From Octopus bimaculoides (lineage: Eukaryota), in NCBI RefSeq assembly GCF_001194135.2, contig NC_068983.1, positions 108,577,808 to 108,641,807 of the forward strand: 64,000 nucleotides of DNA, in the 5' to 3' direction. Under the pieces are notes generated by a model, which saw nothing but the letters and a program-made list of their open reading frames with translations, was not told the origin of the DNA and ran no database searches. Position 1 is the first letter of the stretch. Every line of letters begins with the position of its first letter. Shown here piece after piece: positions 27,831-41,305 of the stretch. A program made the translations under genes and the position numbers.

Positions 27831-28699
27831 GTATATGGAATTTCTATTTATTTCTTTTCTGCATATTAAGCATGGCCAATGTCAAAATGGGATCAGAACA
27901 CTTTCTTCTTTTCTACTCGCTAATACTTTAGTCTTTGAAAAGTTTCCTTTGAAATTTTTTGATTCTAGGTTTTGCTTCCATGTCCTGTTTTCAACTATCC
28001 CATCTACTTTTAGTAATGAATTCTATTTACTGTACTAAATGTTTCATTCATTTGAAAAGATCCTACAAATTGAAACATATGGCCATTTGTAATGACATAT
28101 TCCGTCTGATATCACTTAATTAAATGAAGTATACATGCATGTACACACACACACACACATGTATATGTATATGTGTGTATATATATANNNNNNNNNNNNN
28201 NNNNNNNNNNNNNNNNNNNNNNNNNNNNNNNNNNNNNNNNNNNNNNNNNNNNNNNNNNNNNNNNNNNNNNNNNNNNNNNNNNNNNNNNNNNNNNNNNNNN
28301 NNNNNNNNNNNNNNNNNNNNNNNNNNNNNNNNNNNNNNNNNNNNNNNNNNNNNNNNNNNNNNNNNNNNNNNNNNNNNNNNNNNNNNNNNNNNNNNNNNNN
28401 NNNNNNNNNNNNNNNNNNNNNNNNNNNNNNNNNNNNNNNNNNNNNNNNNNNNNNNNNNNNNNNNNNNNAGAGAGAGAGAGAGAGATGTATGTATGTGAGC
28501 ATGTGTGTTTTAATGTATACATAGATACACATCAATTCCTACATTCAGAAATGAAGTACAATAGCACCTTTAACAAACAAGTATTTATCCAAAAAATATA
28601 TGTGCTTGGATTTTTATATGCTCACATACATATTCTCTTTCTCTCTTTCACACACTCACACATACACACAACACATAGATCATGATCATGACCATTATT

Positions 28700-29180
28700 C
28701 TCATTATTTTAAGTCAGTTTTTCCATATTAGCGTAGGTTGCATAAATTTCTCCTGTACAGTACATCACCACTTTTTGCATTCCCTGTTCATATCATTCAT
28801 TAAAGTCAACATTCTGAGATCATCCCTTACCACTTATGCGCATGCTTTTGTTAATCTTCCTCCACAAGCTCTTTCTATACTGATTGCTCAATTCTTCTGT
28901 CAGCCATCATATTCTTCATGTTCTTTATATGTTTGTACAAATGTAGTCTTCTCTTTTGCACACTACATCTGATTCATCTGTTGCTCATTTTATCTCTCAG
29001 ATCCCCTGTGTACCATCGTTCATACATGCTGACACTGCATGTTCACTTCATTTATTCACAACCTTTTCACATTTTCTGCATTTAATGCTTATGCATTGCA
29101 AACATGCAAGATCTCACTTTGTTCACAAACATCACACAGTTTGCTCTTTATTTTCAGTATTGCTCTTTCAGTTGCAAATT
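28700..29180 (-). mobile_element. Old RTE LINE C-terminal fragment
   Basis: Minus-strand LRDKMSNR*IRCSVQKRRLH aligns with LRKKLDIRSIRCGVKERRLCWYGHV at 51750-51830. Confidence 0.75.
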
Positions 29181-29739
29181 AAAAAAACCTATAAGTAGTA
29201 CCAGCATGACTTATAAAGAAGTTCTACTAGATGCATTGAGTACTTCCCTTGTTTGTGTAGTAAGACTTGTATGCGCATGCATGTGTGCACATATGAATAT
29301 GTACATATGTGTATGTGTTTGTGTGTGTGTGAATAAGATATGGTGTCATTGTAATTAAATGTGATTTAACACAAGAAGCTGATATTAAATAAATGATGTA
29401 ATATCAAGAAATGTTAGAATATATGAGTTTCATTGATAGTTTCGGTGTTAAGGTTGAATGATACGGACAAAAGAGAGGATAGATATAGATAGGCATTTAG
29501 ACAGATAGATATAAATAGGATAGATCAATAGTTTAAATTACCTGACAAATACTTTATGTGTGTGGTATCAATTGTATATTGACCATGTTTTCTTTTAACC
29601 TCTGTACTAAGGGTGTATTTTGTTGTTGCCTTTATTCAGAGTAGTTGACAGTAGCAGAATAAGTGAGCTATAATGATATACCAATTTGTTTTTCGCAATA
29701 CTAATGTATTAAACAGAAATAGCAGTGAAGATACATAAG

Positions 29740-30050
29740 CAGCTCTTGATACTTAGAAGACAAAATTCTAAAGGTACTGCTGATAGAGTTTAATGGAAAT
29801 ATTCAAAATGAAATCTCAACAGAAATACTACTGCAATCATATATTAAGAAAAGTGCATAGAAATATGTCTTATAAATGCACTAATGAGAATGGACATAAG
29901 TTGACAGTTGACAAATGCTAATGTTTCTTATAAATATTGTAATCCATTTTGGGACATAGGTACAGAAATAAAAATAATTGATAGTTTCAGATATACTAGA
30001 CGATAGCAGAAGTGACAGAAATATTGATGAAAACAAACATTGTAGCTTGA
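29740..30050 (+). mobile_element. Very old RTE remnant
   Basis: Residual KTKIL- and IIDSFRY-like motifs in the expected order. Confidence 0.4.
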
Positions 30051-30784
30051 AAGCTTATGTAGATATATTTATTTCTAACTTACATACAAAGCCATACATT
30101 TTATGGGAGAGGACAATCAATTATATCAACTCAAGTATCTGACTGGTACTTATTTACCAATCAAGCTGGTGAAGTAGTTGTAACGTGCTCTACATATATA
30201 ACTTAAAGTTCCTCATATGATTTAGCTGAACGTGTTTATCAAAATTTGTGATATAACAGGGTTATCAACATGCTTGATGTAATAAAGTGAATTGTAATTA
30301 GAAGCATCTAATACTTTTAAACCAGTTTAACTACTAGGAAAGAATGCTATATAGAAATGTTAGGCCGATGCAAAAGTCACCCAAGTAAAAGAATTTTGCA
30401 GAATTTTTGTAGAAAATTTCGATCATTCTCAACAAGTCTGAGATATGATGGAAATGAAACAGAGCCATGATATGAACTGTTTAACATTATCCATGCCAAG
30501 AGTAACTATTTGTTGCTATAGATGATGAACCAATGAGAAATTATCAAAAATAGATAAATAAAAAGTTACTGTTATGGTATTTCTACTGAAACTCTGCCAT
30601 TTTCATATTTTGCTATAGTTTTTATAAATAATTGCGCATTTTATAAAATAGTAGTTTAGAAGTATAAAAATTCTTATGAAAAATGGCTGTATTAGGCTGG
30701 AGTTAACTTCAATGTGACTTTCTAACATGAAAAAATATTTCATCTCTGTTGTGTCTTGTTTGGATGTGAATTTGTAAAAATGAT

Positions 30785-31025
30785 ATTCCTTTCTATCATA
30801 GGCAAAATACCTGAAAACCTGGTTGGAGGGGGAAAGTCAATACATTGACCATCTCCATCCCCCGCCCATCACCACCACTGTTCTTGGCTGGTACTTATTT
30901 TATTGATCCTGAAAGGATGAAAGGCAAAATTAACCTTGGTGGAATTAGAATTCAGAACGTAAAAATGGATTAAATGCCACTAAGCCTTTTGTCTGGCATG
31001 CTAACAATTCTGCCAGATCACCCAC
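30785..31025 (-). mobile_element. tRNA-derived SINE, family B
   Basis: Reverse complement of the 41084-41300 family (CTGGCAGAAT.GTTAGCATGCC...GTTCTGA.TTC.AATTCC.CC.AGGT..A.TTTGCCTTTCATCCTTTC). Confidence 0.85.
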
Positions 31026-31639
31026 TTAATTTGTAAAATTATATTACACTATAATGAAGATGATGAAGATGATGGTGGATGGGTAAATAAATATGTAGCT
31101 TTTGACTAAATAAACTATTTAAAAAAATTAATCATTGCAGAAAAAAGGTATAAAATTAACTGACAGATACAAAACTGTTGATATATGTTTGGGTAATATT
31201 TATACAAATAAAAGTAATAAAATTCATAGCAGACCTGAATTAGATACTTCAGCATCTCTAGGTTAGTGCTTCACATTTCTATGAAATATGAAAACCAACT
31301 AAAATTCAATTTTAGTTTCATATGACATTTATTAAATCTTGGTGAATATACAAGTTAGAAGTGCTAAGCAGTGATTTATATCAATATAAACAGGTGATTG
31401 GTTCAAATATGTTTGAAACACATTCAAATGCATAAGGTCATTCATGCATTTTGTCATGGAGAAATATTCTTGCTGAAGACAAAATGGTATAAATACACCA
31501 GGTAGTTTGACGTGCCCATTAGCCAGATTGATGAATGCATGCATTTTTAAGTAGTTATCTTCTCAGCATCATCAAACCCTCAGAAGAGAGGCAACACTGA
31601 ACTGACTAAGAAACTGGGTCTCTGACTGGTGGTGCTAAC

Positions 31640-33880
31640 TGGCTGCTTTCCTAAACCTGAAGAAAATCTATGCTCTATGGTCAGTGATGGAATGGTGATC
31701 ACAAAAACAGGTGTTGATGAATGGTTTGTGGAGATATGCAAGTTATGTGCAGAGATTCAATAAGTAATACGTAAGTTAGCAATAAGTTTCAATGAGGAAC
31801 TTAACAGTTGAGGCAGTTCTCAGTCCTATCTTTTTTGTTACCATTTTTAATGTCATAATATGGGGAAACCAGCTCTCTATGAGAACTTATATAAGGCAAA
31901 AGTCTAGTTTATAGAGTTGATTTTTGTTGAAGAATTAGAGAAGAGATTCTGATTGTGGAAGTTTAGCATCAACAGGCTTCAAATTAAATTCAGTAGAGAC
32001 AAAAATTCTTGTTAGCAGCAAAGTAGAAAAAGCTCTACTACCATTAGGGATGTGGTCCAGCTGAGTATGTAAAATGATTAGACAGGATCTTTGTACTAAA
32101 TGTAAATGAAAGATGCACAAGAAATGTAGTGAGATCTGAAGCAGACTGACAGGGAAAGAATGACAATATGTAGTACTGGGTTGGTACTGCTATTTTTTTT
32201 TAATTTTGGAATTTATTGCGCTTTTAAATTTTGGAATCTATTTTTTTCGAGAATACTATTTTTGAATCATTTTGGAATCATTTTTTTTTTTCCTAGCTAA
32301 TTTTAGTTAATTTTTGTTTATTTTCAGATCATTGAAATGGAAAGTTAAGTTAAGAAAAACGAGCATTTTCGATATCTCCTTTTTTTTTTTGCTTTTAATA
32401 AGTTCAAAAAGGGAAATTTTGACCTCAAAGATGCACTTCGTTCTGGCTGTCCAGTTGAGTTTGATGAAGAGCAATTAAACCAACTTTTGCACGAAAATTC
32501 TCGTCAAATGACAAAGGAACTGGCAGAGAAAATGGAATGCTCCCACACTGTTACAGAGAAGCATCACTTGATAGGAAAGGTTCAGAAGTATGAAGCATGG
32601 GTTCTGCATGTTTTAAGTGACAACAACAAAAATTATCGAGCCACAATCTCCGCTGGTTTGCTTGCTTGTCACCACTCAACTCATGGGCACAAGCAACAAT
32701 TTCTTTACCAAATCGCTACTGGCGAGGAAAAATGGTGCCTGTACATCAATATGAAGCAGCGTAAGGGATGGCTTAGCCCCGGTAAACAAGCAACATCGTG
32801 CATGAAACAAGATCTTCATCTGCGTAAAACGATGTTGTGCGTATGGTGGGACTGGGAAGGGATTATCCATTACAAACTGCTTGAGTAAAACCAACGTGGA
32901 ACTCTATTTTCAACAATTGGAATGACTAAATATGGCGATTCAAGAGAAAAGGCCTAATTGGTAGCATGGAGTTCTGCTGCACAACAACACCCACCCTCAT
33001 ATCACCAATATGACCAAGGAAGCCATTCAAACACATGGCTGGGAAGTGCTGCCACACCTGCCGTACTCTCCTGATTTGACACCAATGAATTTCGACCTCT
33101 TTCAATCTCTTTGAAATGCTATGCATGGAGTTTCATTTAATACTGATGCAGAATTGAGAGCTTGGTTGGATCGATTTTTTGAGTTGAAATCGGGTGATTT
33201 CTACCAACGAGGTATTGAAAATTTTGTTGAACTTTGAGAAGAAGTTATAAACAACAAGGATGAATACATTATTGATTAATTAGTTGTTATTTTTTATTAA
33301 ACCTTTTAAAAAAATTAAATTTAAAAAATCGTGGGAACTTAGTTGCCAACCCAATAAATACACTGGGATGGTAAATAACAGAAGTATCATATAATAAAGT
33401 ATTTCAAATACTTAGAAAGCACCATAGAAGGAGTTGGTAGATTCTATTATGTAGGTTACTTGATTGGAAGTGGAGACTGGTGTCTGGAATCATAGTAACC
33501 AGTAATAATGAAGTAAAAAGTTCAGTGTATTATAACTACCCTTTCTGACAATGAAGAGGATTCTCTCTTTGAATAAAGAAAATTGTACAGTATTTATGTA
33601 TACACTGTGATGTTTATTGTACTGAATGTAGGGGGTGTATGACGGTTAAAAACAAATGAAGGAACCACAAATGAGCAAGGAGAAAAACTGGGTATAAAAT
33701 GAACCAAACATAGCATGGAAGGAAGAAGATGCAGTTATATGTGATATATGATGTGAATGAAGGATAACAGTTGAATAAAAAAGAATGTATTAAGAGATTC
33801 AAATGGAATGGATATGTAAAAGAGGAATACTGAGAAACACATAGAAAGAAGCGACAAAAGTTGATTTTAAAAGATTGAAA
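31640..33880 (+). mobile_element. Old RTE LINE (RT to C-terminus), interrupted by a mariner
   Basis: Left part has remnants of (G)SVLSPILF, ELEKRF..W, TKILVSSK and CTKCK..HKKCS. It resumes after 33357 with remnants of the VVDSFxYLGD region, KFR..LP.L and EKLGIK...RR, collinear with the 50.4-52.6 kb RTE. Confidence 0.7.
32176..33354 (+). mobile_element. Mariner (Tc1/mariner, DD34D) element with pseudogenised transposase
   Basis: Motifs WVLHVL (WVPHEL), TGEEKW (TGDEKW), HLRKTMLCVWWD, LHNNTHPH (HDNAxPH), HLPYSPDLTPMN (YSPDLAPxD). Right TIR reverse complement TTGGGTTGGCAACTAAGTT; decayed left TIR CTGGGTTGG; TA on both flanks. The TIR resembles the mellifera subfamily (from memory). Confidence 0.95.
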
Positions 33881-34388
33881 CACAACAATTGGTGCGACAG
33901 TGCTTGAGGAAACCCATCCAACAGATGCAAGCATGAAAAAGTGGATGCTAAAAAGATGATGGTGTGGATTATGAAGATGAACTCTGATGAGAACCAAATA
34001 AAGTTTGAAAATCAATTAAAGCTGTCTGACAATTTTTTCAATCTATGGAGAAATAATTAAATTTGCTCTGTTTGTTTGTCTGTTATGTAGGTTCTATGTA
34101 TTACATCATAAAGTGTGAACTGGGATCCCTGTTGATAGGCTGCTAATATTAGATAAAGTGCTAACTACTTATAGTAAGCAAATTAGTAGCTCTAATTCAC
34201 CGAAGCTGCTAGATTTGTTGTGTATATAAAAAGACTAGCTACTTCTTTCTCTGGGGTTTGGTCAAGTGATGTACACAGCTCTGCCAAAAACACAATAAGG
34301 TTCAAAAATAAATCAAGGCTGTTTATCATTTTTTACAATTTAAAAAGAAATAGTTACATCTGCCCTATTTGCATGTTTATCATGTAGG

Positions 34389-34430
<42 letters not shown>

Positions 34431-34573
34431 AGGCAATTATCCACATAATTGCTCTAGCTCTATACCTGCTCAACTTGGTCCCTCTTATCCTCTTATAGCC
34501 TTTCTTTACTTTGTGGAAATTTGAATCATTTGAGTACTACTTAGTGTTTTCTATGAGGAGAATCTCTGGATTT

Positions 34574-34608
<35 letters not shown>

Positions 34609-37577
34609 ACATGCATAAATGCACACATGCATTAACATAAGTCCAATATTTAAATATTCTCTGTACAACATTTACCATATTAGATTTAAACGACCTAGAA
34701 CTGCAAAAGCTAATGAGATATTTAAGAATGTAGATGAAAATACAATATAATTTTATAGATAAATGTTTTTTAGACGATGTGGGTCTGATTTCTTTGCCTA
34801 GATAACAATGTACACTGTAATGTCAAAAGACATCATTTCCTCCACAGAAATTTAAATGATGGAATCAAATTTAACATTTTAATAATAGGTGAGATTTTGA
34901 AATATTACTAGAAAATGAAAATATTAAATTCTTTTTTTGAATTACTGACAATATAAATTGAAAACTGAAATATCAAGTCTTTGCTTTTAAAATATATTTG
35001 AGAAAATTTTTACAATTACACTACCTTAAGACAGCTTATCTTAAGAATATAAAGAAAATATAGTTTAAAAAATCTATGAATATTCATATTTCATTTTGTT
35101 TACTTGGAATATTATTTTGAAATATTCTTATATATGGATTCTAAAGAAAATATAGTATAGACTAACATACATAAATTATCTTCTTTAAATTTTTGAAAAT
35201 ACTGAATGATTTATTGAAATAACTGTAATTATTAAGATAGTGTTTTGAATGTAAACTAACAATCAATTTTAATGGAAGGTCTTAATATAGAGAATTTAAA
35301 ACAGAGAATTTATGTCAGAACCAGGGACAGTTTTAGGCAGGTTGATATCAAAAGGTTTGATTATATCTTCACCAAGTTGTATTTATGACAGGTATTGTCT
35401 TGTACTTTTGAGAAAGGGACAAAACTCTGCTTATTTCAAATACTCTTGTGCAGGTAAATAGATTCTTTTAAAACCTCTACCACATGATTGAATGGTTAGT
35501 TACTTAAATGTTATGTATTTATCAAAGTAATCATTCCATCAAATGTCTACCTTTTCATAAGCCATTCCATCCACTCTAGTTGGGAAAAATATTACAATAA
35601 AAAGGCAACATGCAGATTTCCTGCAAAGAAATTTGGTTTTTAAGGAATATTACTTTCAAAAAAAAAAAAAAAAAAAAAACTCAGAGAGATGTAAATGGAA
35701 ATTGCAACATTTTCTAGATAATGATCTAGAATAAGTTGTAAATAAAATAGTTGTAGAGTAAAAGGAAAAATTTGGAATGTTCATGTTCAGATATTAATTT
35801 AATGGAAAAACTAATAAAACTGTAAAATAAAAAAAAAGTTCAAAAGCATTGTTTTGGGGTGAATAAAATATTGAATCAATATATATTAAACTTGCATTGT
35901 AAAAATATTTTATTTCTTAAACTTTATGACTTATAGCAAGTTTTTATGCAGTATATTTTGTATGTAATTATATTTGCATACATTTTTTATTGTAATGCAG
36001 ATACATGTCTAGAGGTGAATTTTAACTAGATTCTGTGAAGTGTGAAGTTTTTGAGACTGTTTTTTGATAATTTTAATATTGTGACTTATGAAAATACACT
36101 CTTTATGTTTTATTTTATACATTTTTTTGAAATATTAAGTTGATATGCAATACATAAACAGAAATAATTTGAACAGAAATGAGTTTTATTCAACAAGAGG
36201 TCTGGGATAAAGAAAATTTCTTGTTTTGTGATTTGATGTTTTGATTAACATGTTTTAAAGAGGTTGAAGAGGTACAGTCAGTTGAATTGATCCAAATACA
36301 AGACAAAGACTTAATTTCTTGCCTCTTGATAGATTAAAGATAAAACCTACCACAGCAAGATTTCAGTTCACAATATAAGAAGATGGAACTAAATACTGTC
36401 TATACTGCAAATTGGTTCTCTCACAATTCTACCATTCCAGTAAACTTCACCTTACTTTGTATGGAGTATCTCTTATTGATATAAGGACATATATTTCTAG
36501 AAGTCAGTTGAATTGACCCTGGTACATAATTAGTATTTATCAGCTTATGAAAAATAAAGTGTAAACAACTCCAATTTGGAGTCAACATGTAGCGAAATGT
36601 GTAATCAAATTAAATCCAAGATCAAATTAAAAGTGTTTATTTATATTCTACATGGCTTTAACCCAGTACTCTACTATTTCTGTCACTCACCTTGAGTTTA
36701 TTTTATTTAATATTGATAAATGCAACTAAAATATTTGCATTGGATGGTAATCCGTTATTAATATTCAGCTATATTCATTTGTTCTCTTAATATTTTTTTA
36801 AAGAAATATATTTTACTCTCAAAGGGCAGGTCAGACCAATGTATTGTCCGAATACATTTATTGAAGATAATAATTACAAGTGCATGAAGGATTGGAATAA
36901 TTTTTTACCCATTAGAGACAACATAAGTCTGCTTCTTCTAGTATACAGAGTACACACAAATATTTACCAGAGGATCTTTTTTAAACTAAGGATATATGAA
37001 AATATTCATAAATGTGAAAAAAATTAGTGTTAGAAGGAGAAAAAATTATAGATAGTTTTGGTTAGAAATGTTGGGTGGCAAGCAATAGAATTTAGTTTTG
37101 AATATGTCTTGCTTACTGTGTTAGTGACATTACACTCGTGATTGAAACTAAGAATAAGCTTTTCAAAAATGATTAAGGCTATGAAGAACAACCAAGGGGT
37201 GGAGCTGCCGCAAGTAGATTTGAAAAAAATAATGTCGTGTTTGATCAATGGCAATTATTGTTTAAGGTACAAAAATACATTTTCATTAAAACCCAAACAA
37301 TGAAAGTAAGTTTTACAAATGGAGAGCAATATTCTGTAGGTTTATGAAAAACAAATACAATTCATGGTGCAGTGTTTAATAAAGATTCAAAGTTTTTAAA
37401 AAGTATACTTCAGTTCTATTTAAAGAATATTGCATTGGTCAATTAAAATAGATTATAGTGAAACTTCAAATTGAAAGAAGAAATACCAAATCACAACCAC
37501 ATATAATTAGGGATAATATTATAACAGAAAATGGAAACAATATGCAATGCCAGTCTGTCCTCCCACCAAAAAAAAAA

Positions 37578-37628
<51 letters not shown>

Positions 37629-38014
37629 ACAGCTTTTAAATTTAAAAGACTACATTTCAGTATCATCATTTAAGGAAATGACATTTCATTTCTAAATAAC
37701 TAATATTATTTACATGTGCATCAATATATATGTGTACATGGAGCACTACTATGAAGTTGATCAAATAGACCCTAGTATTTATATCTTAAGTCTGATACAT
37801 ATCATATCAGTTTCCTTTGGACAAATTGCTAAGTTACAGGGACATAAACACAACACCATCTGTTGTCAAGTGGTGAGAAGAAAACACAAAGATGCAAGGA
37901 GTATTCAATACAAACTAGAGTGCATTAGTTTATACAAGCTGGCCCAGTGATCTGCTACTCTGGAGTTATTTCTGTTATCACTTTGTATCTTACTATTATT
38001 TTATTTTTCTATCA

Positions 38015-38060
<46 letters not shown>

Positions 38061-38300
38061 GAAATTAATTGAACATGAGAAAAATGTATGTTGTTGTTTG
38101 AGTTTTAACTATATTTATATATTATATGAATAAATATATGTGCATTTATATATATAGGCATATATATTATAGATTTTTCATGCACATGAATGNNNNNNNN
38201 NNNNNNNNNNNNNNNNNNNNNNNNNNNNNNNNNNNNNNNNNNNNNNNNNNNNNNNNNNNNNNNNNNNNNNNNNNNNNNNNNNNNNNNNNNNNNNNNNNNN

Positions 38301-38332
<32 letters not shown>

Positions 38333-38783
38333 GTGTATATATATAGAGAAGCAAAAGCTGAAAATATTCAGATGAACACTAGTGTATAATCATGTAAATA
38401 TTTAAAGAACAAATTTACATGAAGTACAAAAAATACAGAAAACTAATGGGAGAAGGCATTGTATTTCAAGTACGACAGCTGTTTCTGGAGGCTCAGAGTT
38501 ACATAATAGTTGTAATGTTCATAATGGCAAGTGGAGTGTACAAAAAAGTCAGATATGCAACTAGTAGTGGATGCATATAAACATTACTACAAAACTAGTC
38601 TCTATTATCAATGTAGAAATATTGGCATTTACATCACTATCTCCATATCAGCTCACCTGGATTTCTCTTATAGCCACTCTTTACCCAGTAGACTTAGTCC
38701 TTGATAAAGACTTCAGAATGTAAGTTCAAAACATTTGAGTACTACTGTATGGTTTGTATATTATCTCTAAATCTTGACTTTCA

Positions 38784-38841
<58 letters not shown>

Positions 38842-39026
38842 GTATATAAGAGAGCTTGTTTCCCTTGTCAGTTGTTAGAAAAGTGCTCTCACATGGCTAA
38901 GAATTCTTTTGACTCTTATTATTTCTAGCAATTCTGGTGCTGACCAGCACCATCAGTCACTTTAGTGATGGCTATACTTCTGCCTGTTGGTTCTAAATTG
39001 CGAATAGCCAAGTTAATATTTATATT

Positions 39027-39058
<32 letters not shown>

Positions 39059-40229
39059 TATGGCACAAGACACAGACAACGTATTACGTTATACTCTACA
39101 GTGTGTGGTAGCATGTGTGTATATGTATAAGTTGTCTAAAAGTCCACAAGTCAGGGAAAAGATGCACTCGTATAACTGTCATTAGAGTGGGTATCTTATC
39201 CAAAGTGTACAGTATTATAAATCCATCACAGCTGATATACATAAATACAGTTCCATAAGTGAGTGAAAGGTTGTGAGTTTCAAGAACTGCACTTAACTGA
39301 CTATATATATGTATATGTAACTGTGTCTCTCTGTGTGTGTACATTTAAGCAGATTCTCACATACCTAATGTACAAAACTTAATTCAATGAGCAAAAATTT
39401 TAATTCAAGTAAATCAAAATTACAATATGGTGTTGAAAAGCAAGGGAGACAACCCTAAAATGAACATTCAAGATTAACAGGTAGTGTTGTGGGGAGTGAG
39501 TCTGGTGTTTAGAAAGTACAATGACTACTCCAGACATGTTTTGATCTTGTTAGACCTCCTCAGTGAAATCTAGTCTTTCTACTATTCTTCAAATCCTAGA
39601 TGGTAGAGATATGATGTGAGTGAATTAGCATTGTGAAGCATATAACAACATAAAATGAATGACTAGTGGAAATCAGCCAGAAGATGCCTTTGTCTTTAAT
39701 TTAGTATCTTGTCTATTTAATCTCACCATTTATTTCCCTTATTATTAATGCATTATTACTTTTACTTCAAACACACCTCACCAGTCCATTTATGATTGAT
39801 ATAATTTTCTGAAGTTTTATGTACAATACATTAAAATTTCAATTAAGCCTATTCTGTTTTAATATTGAAGTTTACTTCTATTAATTCGGACTTAATTCTA
39901 AGTTAATAAAAAGTTGCAAGTTTTAGAAAACTACAATACTGGAATTTTTCAATGACTTTTGTTTGATATTAATAGTTTATACTATAATATTGGTCAGTTA
40001 TTGTGTTTCAATTTAGTTTTACATGTTTTATGTATACTGTCTCCTTGAATATATTATATGAAAACTGTTAGTCTTTTTTCATATGATTATCATTAATATT
40101 TCTAAATAAGAGCTATTACAATTTGCTGCTGCTGCTGCTCCTCCTCCTCCTCCTACTACTACTACTACTGGCTCTGCTGTGGCTGCTGCTGTTATTATTA
40201 GAGTGATAGTTAAAAAGATAAGTGAAGGG

Positions 40230-40520
40230 CTATTTACATGTGTCTCTGAACGGTGAGAACTGACAATGACTGAATACACCAATAGGCATAGTATAGGGAT
40301 ACTACAAAGCAGTAGTATCCCTACACTGGAAAATATGCAGAAGTTAATAAAGCAAGACAAGTGAAAAATGGTATGTATGATCATCAGCCAAACATGGTCA
40401 CTGACACAATGATATTAGCATCCTGTGGGATATGTTCATCTACTCTGACAGAAAGATAAAAGCCAACATTCTTGACATCATTATCAATGACAGAAAGTAT
40501 ACACTTATCAAAAGTGCAAT
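40230..40520 (+). mobile_element. R4/Dong-like non-LTR retrotransposon fragment (region leading into the REL endonuclease)
   Basis: Across frameshifts: LHWKICRS**SKTSEKWY / HQPNMVTD / ISILWDMFIYSDRKIKANILDIIINDRK. This matches the RHD..LHW.IC..KWYEH.P..V.EN..ILWD..I.TDR.I.AN.PDI pattern. Confidence 0.8.
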
Positions 40521-40521
40521 G

Positions 40522-40778
40522 CAGTAATCCTTTGCCATATCACAGTTCACCTATTGTGGTTCAACTATCACGGTTCACCTATCATGGTTTATTATTTAAG
40601 CTCACATCGATAACTCCATGGTGTTGTTTTGCATTTATAATAAAATAAACATATACAAATCACAGAAATTATTAAAAAAATATACAGTACAGTACTGTTT
40701 CTACTTCACAGATTTTCACCTATCATGGGGGGGGGGAGGTCTTGGAACATAACACCTACAATAGTCAAGGGATTACTG
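40522..40778. mobile_element. Tigger/pogo-type MITE
   Basis: TIRs CAGTAATCCTTTG / CAAGGGATTACTG; TA on the right flank and TG (decayed TA) on the left. Confidence 0.8.
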
Positions 40779-40814
40779 TACCTTTCAAAAAAATAAAAAA
40801 ATCATTTTTACTAT

Positions 40815-41000
40815 AATAATCCTTTCTACTAAAGGCACAAGGCCTGAAATTTCTGGCAGGAGGGTTCTAGTCAATTACATTAATCCTATTGCCCAACAAC
40901 CCAAATTGACTCGGTATAATTTGAACCCAGAACATAAAGACAGGCAAAATGCCACTAAGCATTCTACCTGGCATGCCAATGATTCTACCTGCTCATCACT
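40815..41000 (-). mobile_element. SINE family B (internally deleted)
   Basis: Reverse-complement match to the family B head (head at 41000) and tail (CTTTCTACTAAAGGCACAAGGCCTGAAATT). Confidence 0.8.
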
Positions 41001-41051
41001 TTATTATTATCATTATCATCATTATTATCATTATTATTATTATTATTATCA

Positions 41052-41082
<31 letters not shown>

Positions 41083-41083
41083 T

Positions 41084-41300
41084 AAGGCAGTGAGCTGGCA
41101 GAATCGTTAACATACTGGGCTAAATGCTCTGCAGTATTTCATCTGCCACTACGTTCTGAGTTCAAATTCTGCTGAGGTTGCCTTTGCCTTTCATCTCTTC
41201 AGAGTCAAGAAAATAAGTACCACTGGAGTTGATGTAATCAACTTAACCCCTCCCCCAAAATTGCTGCCCTTGTGGAAAAATTTGAAACCATTATTAATCA
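41084..41300 (+). mobile_element. SINE family B
   Basis: AAGGCAGTGAGCTGGCAGAATCGTTAAC head, GTTCTGAGTTCAAATTC B box, tail ending GAAACCATTATT. Confidence 0.9.
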
Positions 41301-41305
41301 TTATT

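Noticed and set aside
33983-34012. CTGATGA-GAAC...GTTT-GAAA hammerhead-like core
   Set aside because: Stem II is possible, but there is no stem III or stem I complementarity; likely chance.
33614-34015. 133-aa minus-strand hydrophobic ORF
   Set aside because: Antisense to a purine-rich decayed RTE remnant; compositional artefact.
40294-40323. Perfect 12-bp hairpin TAGGGATACTAC/GTAGTATCCCTA as a terminator or Helitron end
   Set aside because: Lies inside the R4/Dong-like coding remnant; no U-tract and no correctly spaced CTRR end.
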